Shown here piece by piece: positions 10,754 through 21,711 of a stretch of 32,000 bases of DNA (position 1 is the first letter of the stretch; each line of letters begins with the position of its first letter). The position numbers and the translations under genes are program-made. The DNA comes from Paramicrosporidium saccamoebae KSL3 (Eukaryota > Fungi > Cryptomycota): the NCBI GenBank assembly GCA_002794465.1, contig MTSL01000072.1:30001-62000 (forward strand), given 5' to 3'. The notes beneath the pieces are model-generated. The model was not told the DNA's origin. It made no database searches and saw only the letters and a program-made list of their open reading frames with translations.

Positions 10754-13493
10754 TTAGCTTGGGCGGGTGGCATCCTTGACTGCATGGAACAGCAGTGGCG
10801 GTACCATAATGTAGGGATAGCGCTTGAAAATGATGGGGTTGCAATAGGGATTTGTTGCCGTCTCTCCAAACTGCGCATCATCTGTCAGTGCAAACAGTCG
10901 ACTTTCCTGTTCTCCAAAGTCGTATGGAACTGTCTCGTAATGACGTTCCTTTATTGCCACCTTGGGACCCACAATGGAAGGCATTTCATCCTTTTCCCCG
11001 TCGTACAAATCCTCGCCTGCCTCCCGGGCAACCCTTCGTATAGTCTGCGCCTGCTTCTCTTGCATTTGGACGGAGAGACGGTCAACGCGATCAGATGCTT
11101 CGCCGCCAAGAGGAAGGTAGGTGGAGCGTCGTCGAAAGACATTGCGAAGAAAGACGATCGCACAGACTGTGATGATGCAAAGCGGCACCATACATAGCGC
11201 CTGGATGGCGCCCTTCAAGAAACTGATTTGGATGATAGAGAACACTTGGCCCAGGATACAGCCCACCAGAATTGGCGTGGGGAGGAACATCCAATACTTT
11301 CCTCCACTCTCATGAGGAATCTCGTAGCAGAAAATAAAATGATATCGGAACACCAAATATGCCAGTCCGTAGAAAATAAGCCCTGCCAGACTGATGATGG
11401 GCGTCAGTGGGATGAACGCCATTGTCACCATGAACACAAAGACAATGTGCACCGGGTACAATGCGCCCAGAAAGACTCGATCTGGCTCCCAATACATGGC
11501 TCGCTTCCGCAGACTCTTTCGCCAGATGATCCGTCGCAGCAGCTGCAGCAATAATCCGCTGGGCTTTAGCAGCACAAACATTAGCGAAATTGCCGAACGT
11601 TGCAGGATGACGTTCATAAAGAACGCTGCATGTTCAGGCATCTGCGTCCGGAGTCGCACAATAATCTCGCCATATTGTCCGGTGATTACCTCTTCCAGCA
11701 CTTTGAACAACGCCGAAGACAGCAGAAACACGACAAACGACTGCAGAAACAGTAGCCAGGTGTATTTTTCCAGCAAACTCTCCTGCACAGACGTCTTGCT
11801 CGTCCGTCCTTGGAAAATGGACAATCCGTACAGCATGTACGGGGCCACCAATAGGAAAACATTGTACACGAGCGGGGCCAGAATACCCGTCAAAATGCCA
11901 CGCAGACTGGGATATAGGCTCAACAGCTTACCCAAGTAGGGGATATACTCCTCCAGCGTCCGTGGCTCCAGCATTGGCGAGATTAAAAGGTCCGCCGAGG
12001 TGAAGAGAATGTTAACCATGACGTACAATATCGTTCCGATCAGTCTTCGGGTGAACCTTTCTCCCTGTGGACAGTATAAATTATCCCAGATAATGTCGTC
12101 TGGCGTGGGTGCTGGAGTCACTTCCATGGAGAAGGGGCGTCGACTAAGGAGAGTCTGCTCCGCAATGGTTGCAGACCGTTGTGATCCGAATAGCACAATG
12201 ATCGACATGGAGGTGCCCCACATGGTCAAACCGTAATCTTTGACGTTCCCCTTGACTCCCAGGAACTGCCGCCAACTGACCATGGTTTTGTTATTCACCA
12301 GCAGATCTGCCTCTGTGGAGGGGGTGAAAATCTCCTCCTCGACATCATGAGGGGATTCGTCCATGTCAAGGACGTAGCGCTCATGGTCTGTGGCAAACCT
12401 TCGGGCCGCCTCCAGGAGCTCGTCGTCGCGTTGAATAAGCAGTTTGTATCGGAACGCAATGGAGTCCACCTCCTCGCCGGAAACCTTGTGTTTTGGCCGG
12501 AACTCGGCGAAATGATTCTCAACAATAAGGACCTTCATAATATCCTTCCGACCTGCGGAGCCGATCCTTGCTAGCTCGCCATACGCAGCCTCCAGATCCT
12601 TTTTTGATTGTCCACGGGATGTACACAAGTGCGCCACAAGGTTGTCGTAAAACTTTTGCAAATCGCCTTCCAGTTGTTCCAAGAGCTTGTTTCGATCAAC
12701 CAGCATCTTCCTCACCTTCTTGCGACTCTGCACAATGACCACCGAGCTGATATCCTCAATTCCCATGTCGGCAAACATGGCAACAATTTCGGATTTACTG
12801 TATTTTGAGGACACATTGGTAATGACTACAGTTCGACTGGAGACACTGATGACCTTCCGCGCATTGTCCATGTTGCCCAGAGTTCTGGACATTCTACGCA
12901 TGGAGACTTGCGCAATGCAGCTATCCGGATTGCGCAAGAATACTTGGCGATAAATCGAGAGGTTACGATAAAACATGTATAGTCCGTAGAACACTACAAC
13001 TGCAGTGTAATAGTTAAAGGCAAGTGCGATCCACAGGGCGGACGGACCCGATACGTGGGAGACGGAAAAGGTCGTGAACCATTGTCCTTGCACATCTTTG
13101 TTACCAAGAAAGTAGGCTGGACACAGAACCAGGATTGCCGGCACAGCCAACATAATGAGGATGCCGAGAATCAACTTGATGGTTTGCAGAAAAACAAACC
13201 CGTCCAGTCCCACCCATGGCAACAATTCGTCGTCTGTCATCTTCAGGGACGCCGTAATCCACTGGAACGGCCCACTTGGTATCAAGTTGGTCACTTTCCT
13301 AAACAGTCAGTCATGCGACATTAGTGTACTTTTTGGTGTTGATGACATTTGGCGCATACACCGGCTTGAAGACGAGCCGAACAATGCAAAAGACGATAAA
13401 TAGCGGCACAAATATGCACGCACAAAAGACCAGATTGGTGAGGATACTCTGGTCCGGCGTAGCATTTTTCAGCAGCGGACCTCGAGCTGCCAT
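10754..13493 (-). CDS. OSCA/TMEM63/CSC1 (Rsn1-like) mechanosensitive or Ca-permeable channel (902 aa)
   Basis: Intron 13299-13329 (31 nt) joins the TM0 exon to the 846-aa ORF. Motifs GLDGFVFLQTIK, PAPTPDDIIWDNL, P.ISLAGLIFY.LAYLVFRYHFIFCY and ESGGKYW. Confidence 0.92.
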
Positions 13494-13630
13494 GGTCAGT
13501 TGTGGCCCCGGCGTGACTGGTCCTTAACTCTTGAAGCCGTACCAATTCGTTCATACTATGCTGACCAATCCCAGCGGGTGAAGCGAAACCCGTTTCGATT
13601 GAGCATGAGCCAATCAAGAGCCGAGAAAGT

Positions 13631-14278
13631 TTATTGAGAGCTTGCCTCTGGTTCTACAGTGAGCGACATGGCTGATTTGACGGACGAAGCAAACAATTTG
13701 TAATCCTGATCATACCTACGAGGTCAATGGCAGGTGATCCGGCTCTACTGCATCTTGACAGAATAGTTTATGCAATCTTCGTGTTGCAATTCTCGCAGAA
13801 CATTGTCTTGGAACGCTCGACTGATGCTGTTCAGCAACACGGCTATTGACAGTCGCGAGTTGCAGGGTATCAGGCGAGAGATGTGAAACATTTGATCCGC
13901 ATCGACCAGCGGATGTGGCACCTTGGTCTTTAGCAACACCAGAGGTAGCATCTTGGGATATCTATAAAAGTTGACGTACTGTCGGTTGCTCTACTGGTCA
14001 TCGTAATGGAGGTCAAATCTAACCACTCCTCCACCATATGTACCCTCGTTGATGTACAGAACCCCCTTGAAATCTATCATCCACATAGACGAGCAAACAA
14101 TGTACTGCCTAGTTGACTGGGATGGGGAATCAAGTACATTCCATCAGGACATTGGCCAGCATTCTTGACATTATGACTGCAGGATGACAAGCACAACGAG
14201 TCGTTACTATTCCACCAGCAACTCGTACCACCGACAGCTGGAAATGTTCCATATACTGAAGCGTTCTGCCGCGCTCAT
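13631..14278 (-). CDS. AKTIP: AKTIP/Fused-toes-like ubiquitin E2 variant (UEV), 172 aa
   Basis: Four introns: 14177-14207, 14074-14105, 13962-13994 and 13716-13748 (31-33 nt). The spliced product reads YELLVEYHNVKNAGQCPDGMYLIP..FKGVLYINEGTYGGGVVRF..YP..P..VPHPLVD..YDQDYKLF and has no catalytic Cys after HPLVD. Start could be 14284. Confidence 0.82.
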
Positions 14279-14570
14279 TGTCATTGGCTGCTCGAACACA
14301 TTCAATGTGTCGATTCTCTGTTTAACTAATGAGTTGTATCGTATTGGAGAGCCTATAGTAGGGCTTACAAATTGAGAATAAAAAGTTCCCTCCCTGACCG
14401 CTAAATAGCAATTACCTAGTCCGTGGCAATAACTCTTATTACACAACGGCAGGCCCCATATAGGACCAAGATTGGACCATTCTTCAAAAATAATAATGAT
14501 AATTCACAATCTGTAATAATCTGCGATAATCTGTCTATATGACTGAACCGAATATACAAGCGCAGCGAGA

Positions 14571-14931
14571 TTATCCTTCACGCCACTGATGCCCACATTC
14601 AGTGCGACAGCACTTGTAAAAGATGGAACTCGGCTCGTCGGCCGACCTAATCTGGATTTGCATAAAGTATGCTCTATGGTGTTCGCATTTTGGACAGTTT
14701 GCATCTGTCGAGTCAACGTTCTTCCATGCATCCGAGCCGCCCAGCACGTCGTCCACCTCTTTCCGTTGCAGTTCTAGTTTGCTCGTAAACTATTCATTAT
14801 GAGCGCCGTGACGGAGTGGCTACCTTTTTGTAAATGTCAAAGATATAGGGACATGCCTGACAGTAGAACTGTTGTCCCTGCTCGCCTTGCTTGATCAACA
14901 GCAAGTTTCCACAGGTTGGACAGAAGAGCAT
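14571..14931 (-). CDS. RPC11: RNA polymerase III subunit C11 (108 aa)
   Basis: MLFCPTCGNLL..CQACPY zinc ribbon, intron 14790-14823, and C-terminal ribbon CPKC..QIRSADEP..FYKC. Confidence 0.96.
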
Positions 14932-14966
14932 CCACCCCGGAGTGATAGGACGGGATTTATTAACAA

Positions 14967-15930
14967 CTACTGCTGAGAGGATTTTGAGCCCAGCAGCGAC
15001 AGAGGCTTGGTACGGTTGAGCATCTTGAGGAATTCGGCGACCTTGCCACGCATGCGGTTATGAAGGAATGCCTTGCAACACTTGATGTGGTAGTGAAAGT
15101 AGTCCCGGAACGACAGGATCATGGAAACACATTTTTCCCTCTTTTTCTCCGAATAATGCACTGGGAATAAAACTAAATAGATGGTCAGTATGATGCCGTG
15201 CTTGTACCAAAGGTGATGTAGTTTAGAGAAGAGTCTAGCGGGATGGAGGATGTCATCTCCTTTGGAGGCTCCTTTCCAAACAAAACTGCGGGGGCATTCT
15301 GCATATTGTTTTGCTTTCGAACATCATAAAATTCTTGCAGAAACACTTTTCCGAGCACAATATCCGAGGGATCCTCAAATTTGGTCGCAAGGACGACTGT
15401 GACTCGATCGGGAAATCCTTGAATGTACATGACGTCGGTGCTACGCAGCGGGATAGTCATGACGTTTGACGTTTTTCCAGACTCCTGGTCTGCGATGGCC
15501 ATCTCTAAGGGGAGTGCTAGGCATGTTCTTCGCAACATTGACAACTGCTTTACTCCGTCATCTAGGATAAATTGAGTGATACCCAAATTACTCGTAATAT
15601 TGTCCTTGGGAATACGGAGTGTGAAATCATATCCATTCTCAGCGTCTGTAAATTTGGCCCCGCAACTCAAACGTTCCATCAGGTGCTTCTCCAGGCCCAA
15701 TTTTACCAGATTTTTGAAACCTGGAAGGCTGGAAGACAGCAGTATGGAGCCGGCATCATTTTCGTCCTCCCACAGATGGAAGCGGCTCTCGCCATAGTCA
15801 CTAAAAGTTTGGTCCAACAGCCTCTTTCCATCGCTCCTAGACAACATTAACCACTGTGCTGAGGAAACTTGTCACAGTGCGACTTTAAGACAGTGTCGAT
15901 GATACGGTTGGAGTCTTCGAGAATCAACAT
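14967..15930 (-). CDS. ARPC2: Arp2/3 complex subunit 2 (p34-Arc)
   Basis: MLILEDSNRII start, introns 15837-15868 and 15173-15207 (possible third at 15562-15591), DRVTVV..F.D.SD.VLGKVFLQEF and FRDYFHYHIKCCKAFLHNRMR. Confidence 0.95.
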
Positions 15931-16181
15931 GGTGCAACTGTGATTGGCTGGAGAAATGCTGCCGATTGAAAGTTGAATTGTGAGGATTGTGTTGATAGTA
16001 AAGGCCAAGGAATTTCGATCTGTAAAATGCTCGTTATCATTGATCCATAAGTGTACTCTCACAGCAATGGCCCAACTCCAATCCTTAAATGCGCTCTTAC
16101 AGGAAAAAGACTGATTATCTTTAATCCGTAGACATAGTCTCCACGTGGATTCATGACTTTATTTTACTACTTGGGCCTATC

Positions 16182-16869
16182 TTAGATCTTGTTGAAAGAG
16201 GCAATATCGACAGACTGGACCAGCACATCATGCTCACAAATAGCGTCGTTAAGCATATCAGTACCAACCTTGTCATCTTCAACCACACAAGAAATTTGGA
16301 GCTTCTTGATTCCGTAGCCGATGGGGACGAGCTTAGAGGCACCCCAGAGGAGTCCGTCCATGTAAATGGCACGGACGGCCTGCTCCATGGCGGCCATGTC
16401 GGTCTCATCATCCCAAGGCTTCACATCAAGAAGAATGCTAGACTTGGCCGCTGGGCCGGGTCCCTTGGCGGCCTTCTTGGCCTGGTAGGCGGCAAGACGC
16501 TCGGCCTTGGCCTTTTCGAGTTCCGGATCCTCATCTTCAGAGCCGAAAAGATCGATGTCATCTTCATCCGCAGCAGCAGTCGGGGCACCTGAAGGTCCGT
16601 ACTCGGAAGCAGCCTTCTTAGTTCCCGGGAGCCTAAATATGAGTATGGGTGGATGGATGCTACTGGGAGAAGGAGGCCTTGTGGGCAGCGATGTGGGCGA
16701 ACCAACGGGCAGCATGGGGATACTTTCCGGCCGCGGGCGCGGTGGAGATGGCCTCAAACACTGCGACGTCGGCTTGAGAGGCGGTGAAGCCTTCAATGTA
16801 GCTCTTGTCAGCAACAAAGGTATTAAGGGTGGCAATGCCAGCGTCAGTATTCAAGTTGTCAAATCCCAT
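16182..16869 (-). CDS. EFB1: Translation elongation factor 1-beta (218 aa)
   Basis: [28 protein letters not shown], intron 16633-16663, [11 protein letters not shown] and [16 protein letters not shown]. Confidence 0.97.
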
Positions 16870-17139
16870 CGTGTAAGAAGAAAATTCCTGATTAAAGGCG
16901 ACCAGGGGTCTGGGTTTCATGCATCACTGGCGGGCCGGTTTTTGCCCAAGATGTCATTAACACCAAGGCCCACACAGCCAATAGAATGAGATGGTGTCAT
17001 TTTCCATGGCATTCCGGTTGAGGGCAATGCAATTGGTTGGCTTCGGGAAGTCCAATTAAGTTGGACCTGGCCAGGATGTTATTTGTTAAAGATTGTGCCT
17101 ACTACGTCAGGTCGACAGAATTCACTTCATTACAAGAAC

Positions 17140-17361
17140 ATGTCTGATCTTGCCTGGTTTGACTGGGAATGTTTTTACCATGTGGAGGACTTTATATACT
17201 GTCTGTCCCGAGTGTGGCTTTATCTCTTGGCAATCTACCTTCTAACAGCTCTGCTATTTGGGGTCTTTGTCGCCATCATCATATATCTTAGGAAAAGACA
17301 GCGCAAAAAGTATCGAGAACGCGCTGAGCAAGAGTTTGAAATGTATAGAAATGTGCCTTAG
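17140..17361 (+). CDS. Orphan 73-aa single-pass membrane protein
   Basis: ATG ORF with a ~25-residue hydrophobic helix followed by RKRQRKKY. Confidence 0.7.
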   Translation: MSDLAWFDWECFYHVEDFIYCLSRVWLYLLAIYLLTALLFGVFVAIIIYLRKRQRKKYRERAEQEFEMYRNVP

Positions 17362-17468
17362 TGAGGTGATTGGTGGGATCCGAGACATGGTGATACCAGA
17401 GTCTGCAACATGATAGCTCTTGAATCTGCGACACGAGCGCATTAAGAGTGCTCCGCTCCGTTGTGGTT

Positions 17469-17681
17469 ATGGAATTTGATGATCGGGCCAAATATCTCTG
17501 GGGGCTCCTTGCCCCAACACTCATGTTTCTGATTATATGCGGAATCCTGCTGGTAGTTATATTGAGACGACGAAGCAAGCGAAAGGCGTATCAAACCCTC
17601 CTCAAGGAAACTTATGGTGATCGCTATCCGGAACCGGGGAAACCATCGAAAAGCGATAATCCAGCCGAGAACCCCGTCTAG
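17469..17681 (+). CDS. Orphan 70-aa single-pass membrane protein
   Basis: ATG ORF with hydrophobic helix LWGLLAPTLMFLIICGILLVVIL followed by RRRSKRKAY. Confidence 0.7.
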   Translation: MEFDDRAKYLWGLLAPTLMFLIICGILLVVILRRRSKRKAYQTLLKETYGDRYPEPGKPSKSDNPAENPV

Positions 17682-17748
17682 TAACTATGATAACATTATA
17701 AACATACCCGTTCTAGTTTTATGGTAGTATACCCCTGGTCAGACCAGA

Positions 17749-18499
17749 ATGAAGTTTTGCCTGAACAACCTCGCATTCGAGTGTGCCAACCCCATCGACG
17801 TGGAGAATGTTGAAGATGAGCTAAAGCGCGAAGCCGCCTTGTATTTTTCTAGTGCATCAACTGACCTTTAGTGCCAAACAAGCCCTAGAAGCCGTCGCCC
17901 AGGCTCGCCGTATCATCATCGCTGCCAAGATCCCGTTTACTCGTCCCGTCGGATACTTTTGCGAAATGCTAAAGACGGAAGAACACATGACCAAGATTGG
18001 CGCCAAGGTGACTGAAGAGAAGGAGGCGGCAAAGGCTGCCGAACTAGCCCGTAAGCAGCGCCTTAACCGCAAGTACGGTAAAAAGATCCAGGTGGAGCGC
18101 GAGCAGGAGAAACAACAACAGGTGACTGAGAACAAAAAGAAACTGAATATGTTGAGGAAGCGGAAGACTGCTGAAAAAGACGAGTTTGATATTGATGTGG
18201 AGGAGGAAATGTTTGAAGACCGGGACAAAAAGTTCCGCGGTGGTAAGGGTGGAAAGAAGGCCGACAAAAAGATTTCAAAGAAGCGAGAAGCCAAAAATGA
18301 AAAATATGGGCATGGCGGAAAGAAGCGTGGGTTGAAGCGAAATGACAGAGAGAGCGCCGATAAGGACGATTTCAATGCTAGTAAGAACAAAAGTCAGTTC
18401 CGGGGGCTCAAGGGCAGTGGAAGTCGCGGCAAGAAGGCCCAACGACCAGGAAAACAACGTCGTCAGAATATGCGCAGTCGCACAGCGTCACGAAAATAA
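17749..18499 (+). CDS. EBP2: rRNA-processing protein Ebp2 (short, 239 aa)
   Basis: Intron 17841-17871 gives EDELKREAAFAKQALEAV. Also PFTRPVGYFCEM.KTEEHM.KI, KYGKKIQVE, KNEKYGHGGKKR and RPGK.RR. Confidence 0.92.
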
Positions 18500-18502
18500 A
18501 GT

Positions 18503-19649
18503 TTATTGGAATGCATTTGTGTCGAATAGATAGGAGATGCTCTCGCCATTATGGGTCCGACGGATTGCTTCGGCAAAGATGGGCGAAACATCGACGACTT
18601 TGAATTTAGGACAGCACTGCAGATGATCTTTCTGAGGGACAGTGTTGCTGACAATGACCTCGGCAATGTCGGACTGATGGATCTGATCGACAGAATCGCC
18701 CGAAAAGATGCCATGAGTGATTACAGCATAGATTCGACGTGCACCGTGTCGTCGAAGAATAGCAGCTCCTTGGGTGAGTGTAAGACATGTGTCAGCCATG
18801 TCGTCCATCATTATGGCATCCCTTCCCTCCACACTGCCCACCAGAACAAGCGAATCTGTTTCATCCTTGCCTTTGCAAGTCCGATCCTTGTGGATTAGAG
18901 CAAAATCTACACCGAGCAGATTCGCCATTTCGGTTGCCCTGAGGTTAGCTATAACCAGTCTTTACCTCTTGGCACCACCAGCATCGGGTGAGACGACAAT
19001 GGCGTTTTGATGGTCTGGGATGTTCTCTATGAGATACTTTATCATCAGTGGGCTCGAGGGAAGGTTGTCCAAGGGGATGGTAAAGAATCCCTGGGATTGT
19101 GGACTGTGTAAATCCATGGTAATGACATGGTCTGTGCCTACACAATAAAACCCACAAAGACTGAAGACCTGCCGATTCAATCATTGAGGCGACAAGACGT
19201 CCGGAGCGGGCAGTCCAGAAGCGGTAGCCGTTGACTGTTTTGGAGGGGTCACGGCAGGCGGAGAGTAATCTATTCTGCTCCAGAGTCAATGTGCCCAGCA
19301 ACGGCTTCTCCGTCGGAAATGGGATATGGCGCGAGTACGGGAAGCAAGGTGCAACCACCGTAACTAGTGACATAAGGAAACCTCATGCAGTCACACCTCT
19401 TGCAGCACTGGCAATTTTGCAGGCATGCACCAAGATGAGTAGTTCCATCAGATAGTCATTGACATGGGAATATGAAGTCTGTATAATGTACACATCCATA
19501 TCCCGCACCGACTGCCGTATCTCCACACCAATCTCCAGATTTGCGAATTTTGTCAGTTCCAAGTCGCCTAGCGGCAGGCCGAGCCGTGACACAATTGCAT
19601 TTGCAAAATCAGGATGGGAAGAGCCTGAAAAGACGACTATCCCACGCAT
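18503..19649 (-). CDS. Ribose-phosphate pyrophosphokinase, Prs5-type subunit (351 aa)
   Basis: Introns 19364-19396, 19138-19168 and 18939-18965. Motifs [31 protein letters not shown] and DDMADT, with an insertion after PYSR. Confidence 0.92.
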
Positions 19650-19755
19650 GAAATTAAATATTGATAAATAAAGAATATGTTTATATGGCGTTTACTCGTG
19701 AACCATAGATCATGGGTCTCATCATCACACATCCCACATCATGACGACTCGGCGT

Positions 19756-19932
19756 CTACGTGGTCAAGACGGGAAATGCGCTGGTAGAGGTATTTGCGGG
19801 ACATTCGGTATCGTCGTGTGTGTGCCTCGTCCTCATCGTGAGCACAACCAGCACTAGGAATATTATTGCCAAAATAGTCGCTCCAAGAAATATAGTAATT
19901 AGTAAAGCTTCATCCAGAGCAGAGTAGGCCAT
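19756..19932 (-). CDS. Orphan 58-aa single-pass membrane protein (not in ORF track; possibly frameshifted)
   Basis: Hand translation: MAYSALDEALLITIFLGATILAIIFLVLVVLTMRTRHTHDDTECPANTSTSAFPVLTT*. Confidence 0.6.
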   Translation of the reverse strand: MAYSALDEALLITIFLGATILAIIFLVLVVLTMRTRHTHDDTECPANTSTSAFPVLTT

Positions 19933-20106
19933 GGCTGGATCCAGGCCAGCGCAACACCAATTGAGCCTGTTTCGGATAATCTGCTATTGGGTTTCAGGCG
20001 TGCGCCAAAAACCAATCAGCAAGTTCTAATAAAATTATTGGCGTCTCGGGCAGTTGTCCAATCGCAGATTATTATAAACATTGCAGCTAATGCTATTATT
20101 CAGAAG

Positions 20107-20958
20107 ATGGATGGAGTCTATGCTCAGTTTAAAAGATTCCTATCCAAATATGGGCTGGGGCTCTTGGTAATTGGGCTGTTTTTCGCTCTAGTGCTGACAA
20201 TCCTACTTGCAATCTTGGTTTGGATGCATCGTGAGAGGAGAAAACAGGAGAGAATTGATGATCGAAGAAACTCGATGGATCTACTGGAAAAGGGACAGCA
20301 GGAAATGAGGCCTAGGCGAGACTCTGAAAGCTCAAGTACAGAGCCGGCAGTGCTAGTTGCTGAAGAAATTAATGATCAAGGTCTTACAATGTCTTCTGCA
20401 GAGTCTGCTTTCAAGACGACCTCCCCTGTTACTGCTACCAAGACGGCTTCCCCTGATGAGGCTGTCATCAAGCCAGATTCACCCGCCTCTGTTACTAAAG
20501 CAGCTTTGCCTGTCTTTGCTGTCAAGAAAGCTTCACCAGACACTGCAGAAAGAGAGGCTCCCGGTTCTCTGGATGAAGGTTGCACACAAGAGCCCGCATC
20601 TGCTGGCTTTTCAGAGCTATCGAATTCTGATTCGGCACCTGATGACTTGCCAAGCAGATCAGAGCCACCACTGCCCAGTGTGCCTGATTCAGATGAAAAC
20701 GGTGCCGAGGCGCCTCAGACAAGACTAAAGTCGCCAATCTCGACAAAATCTCAGGTTACCAAAGCGCACCAGACAAGACTGCAATCGCCAATCTCAACAG
20801 AATCCCATATTATCTCTGATGAAGAATCGTCTAGGGTGAGTACACAAACTGGCATGGATCCTGAAGCCACCAAGCCGATCCAATCGACTGTATTCCAGGT
20901 TGATGGTGGCCGCCCAGAGGACCCTCCAAAGTCACGATCAGGATGGGGTAGAACGTAA
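20107..20958 (+). CDS. Orphan single-pass membrane protein with long S/P/E/T-rich tail (283 aa)
   Basis: First ATG at 20107. TM YGLGLLVIGLFFALVLTILLAILVWM, then HRERRKQER. Internal repeats (QTRL.SPIST twice; SP..A.K units). Confidence 0.75.
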   Translation: MDGVYAQFKRFLSKYGLGLLVIGLFFALVLTILLAILVWMHRERRKQERIDDRRNSMDLLEKGQQEMRPRRDSESSSTEPAVLVAEEINDQGLTMSSAESAFKTTSPVTATKTASPDEAVIKPDSPASVTKAALPVFAVKKASPDTAEREAPGSLDEGCTQEPASAGFSELSNSDSAPDDLPSRSEPPLPSVPDSDENGAEAPQTRLKSPISTKSQVTKAHQTRLQSPISTESHIISDEESSRVSTQTGMDPEATKPIQSTVFQVDGGRPEDPPKSRSGWGRT

Positions 20959-20999
20959 ATAATGACCAAATAATTAATATTTTCATCGTTTCTCTGTTG

Positions 21000-21407
21000 A
21001 TGTCTGGAATGTGGCAGCGTGTGCAAAAGGGATCTCCGCAAGAGGGGAGAGAGGCAATTCCTTTTGCCGATTTAAAAATAGTGGGGCTGCCGTGGTATGT
21101 GTTTCTGCTAATATCTGTGGTTGCCGGGATGACGATTGTGCTAATTCTCCACCTACTCGACCGAATCGTGAAAAAGTGTCGGAAGCAAGAGCAAGTTCCG
21201 GCCGAATCTATGCGGCAACCGACAGTGGAAGAGCACTCGAGACAGGGAACAGTTCCAGAATTGAATTCACCAATCGACATGATGCCGGGCAGCTATTTTA
21301 TGGGTAAACAAAGTCTAGCGGATAGTCCACGTCGAGCCTGGGAACCACCATCTCCGCATTACATTCCCACTCCATTTGTCGGACAAGGATATTCCTACAA
21401 TTACTAA
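21000..21407 (+). CDS. Orphan single-pass membrane protein (135 aa)
   Basis: TM LPWYVFLLISVVAGMTIVLILHLL, then RIVKKCRKQEQ and a P/S/Y-rich tail. Confidence 0.7.
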   Translation: MSGMWQRVQKGSPQEGREAIPFADLKIVGLPWYVFLLISVVAGMTIVLILHLLDRIVKKCRKQEQVPAESMRQPTVEEHSRQGTVPELNSPIDMMPGSYFMGKQSLADSPRRAWEPPSPHYIPTPFVGQGYSYNY

Positions 21408-21468
21408 TCATCTCCTCTACTTCAAATGGCCCTGTCAAATAAATAAAGCGATTAAACCGTAAACAAAG

Positions 21469-21606
21469 ATGAATTGGGTCATCATCGGAATGGGCGTGGG
21501 ATTCATGTTGCTGATTATATTCTCGCTGGCATTGAAGCGATGGATGGCAAGTGCAGACGATGGAGGGTACACTGGGGAATGGCAGCATGAGATGGAGAGC
21601 TGCTAG
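21469..21606 (+). CDS. Orphan 45-aa single-pass membrane micropeptide (not in ORF track)
   Basis: Hand translation: MNWVIIGMGVGFMLLIIFSLALKRWMASADDGGYTGEWQHEMESC*, preceded by an A-rich leader. Confidence 0.5.
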   Translation: MNWVIIGMGVGFMLLIIFSLALKRWMASADDGGYTGEWQHEMESC

Positions 21607-21711
21607 TGGCAATGTGCTGGCGGACACCATCATAATAGAGGCGACTTTAATCAATAACACTGTAAAGGAGGGCCCAGTAATGATGCGAGAATTGATGAGA
21701 GCGAATAACTC

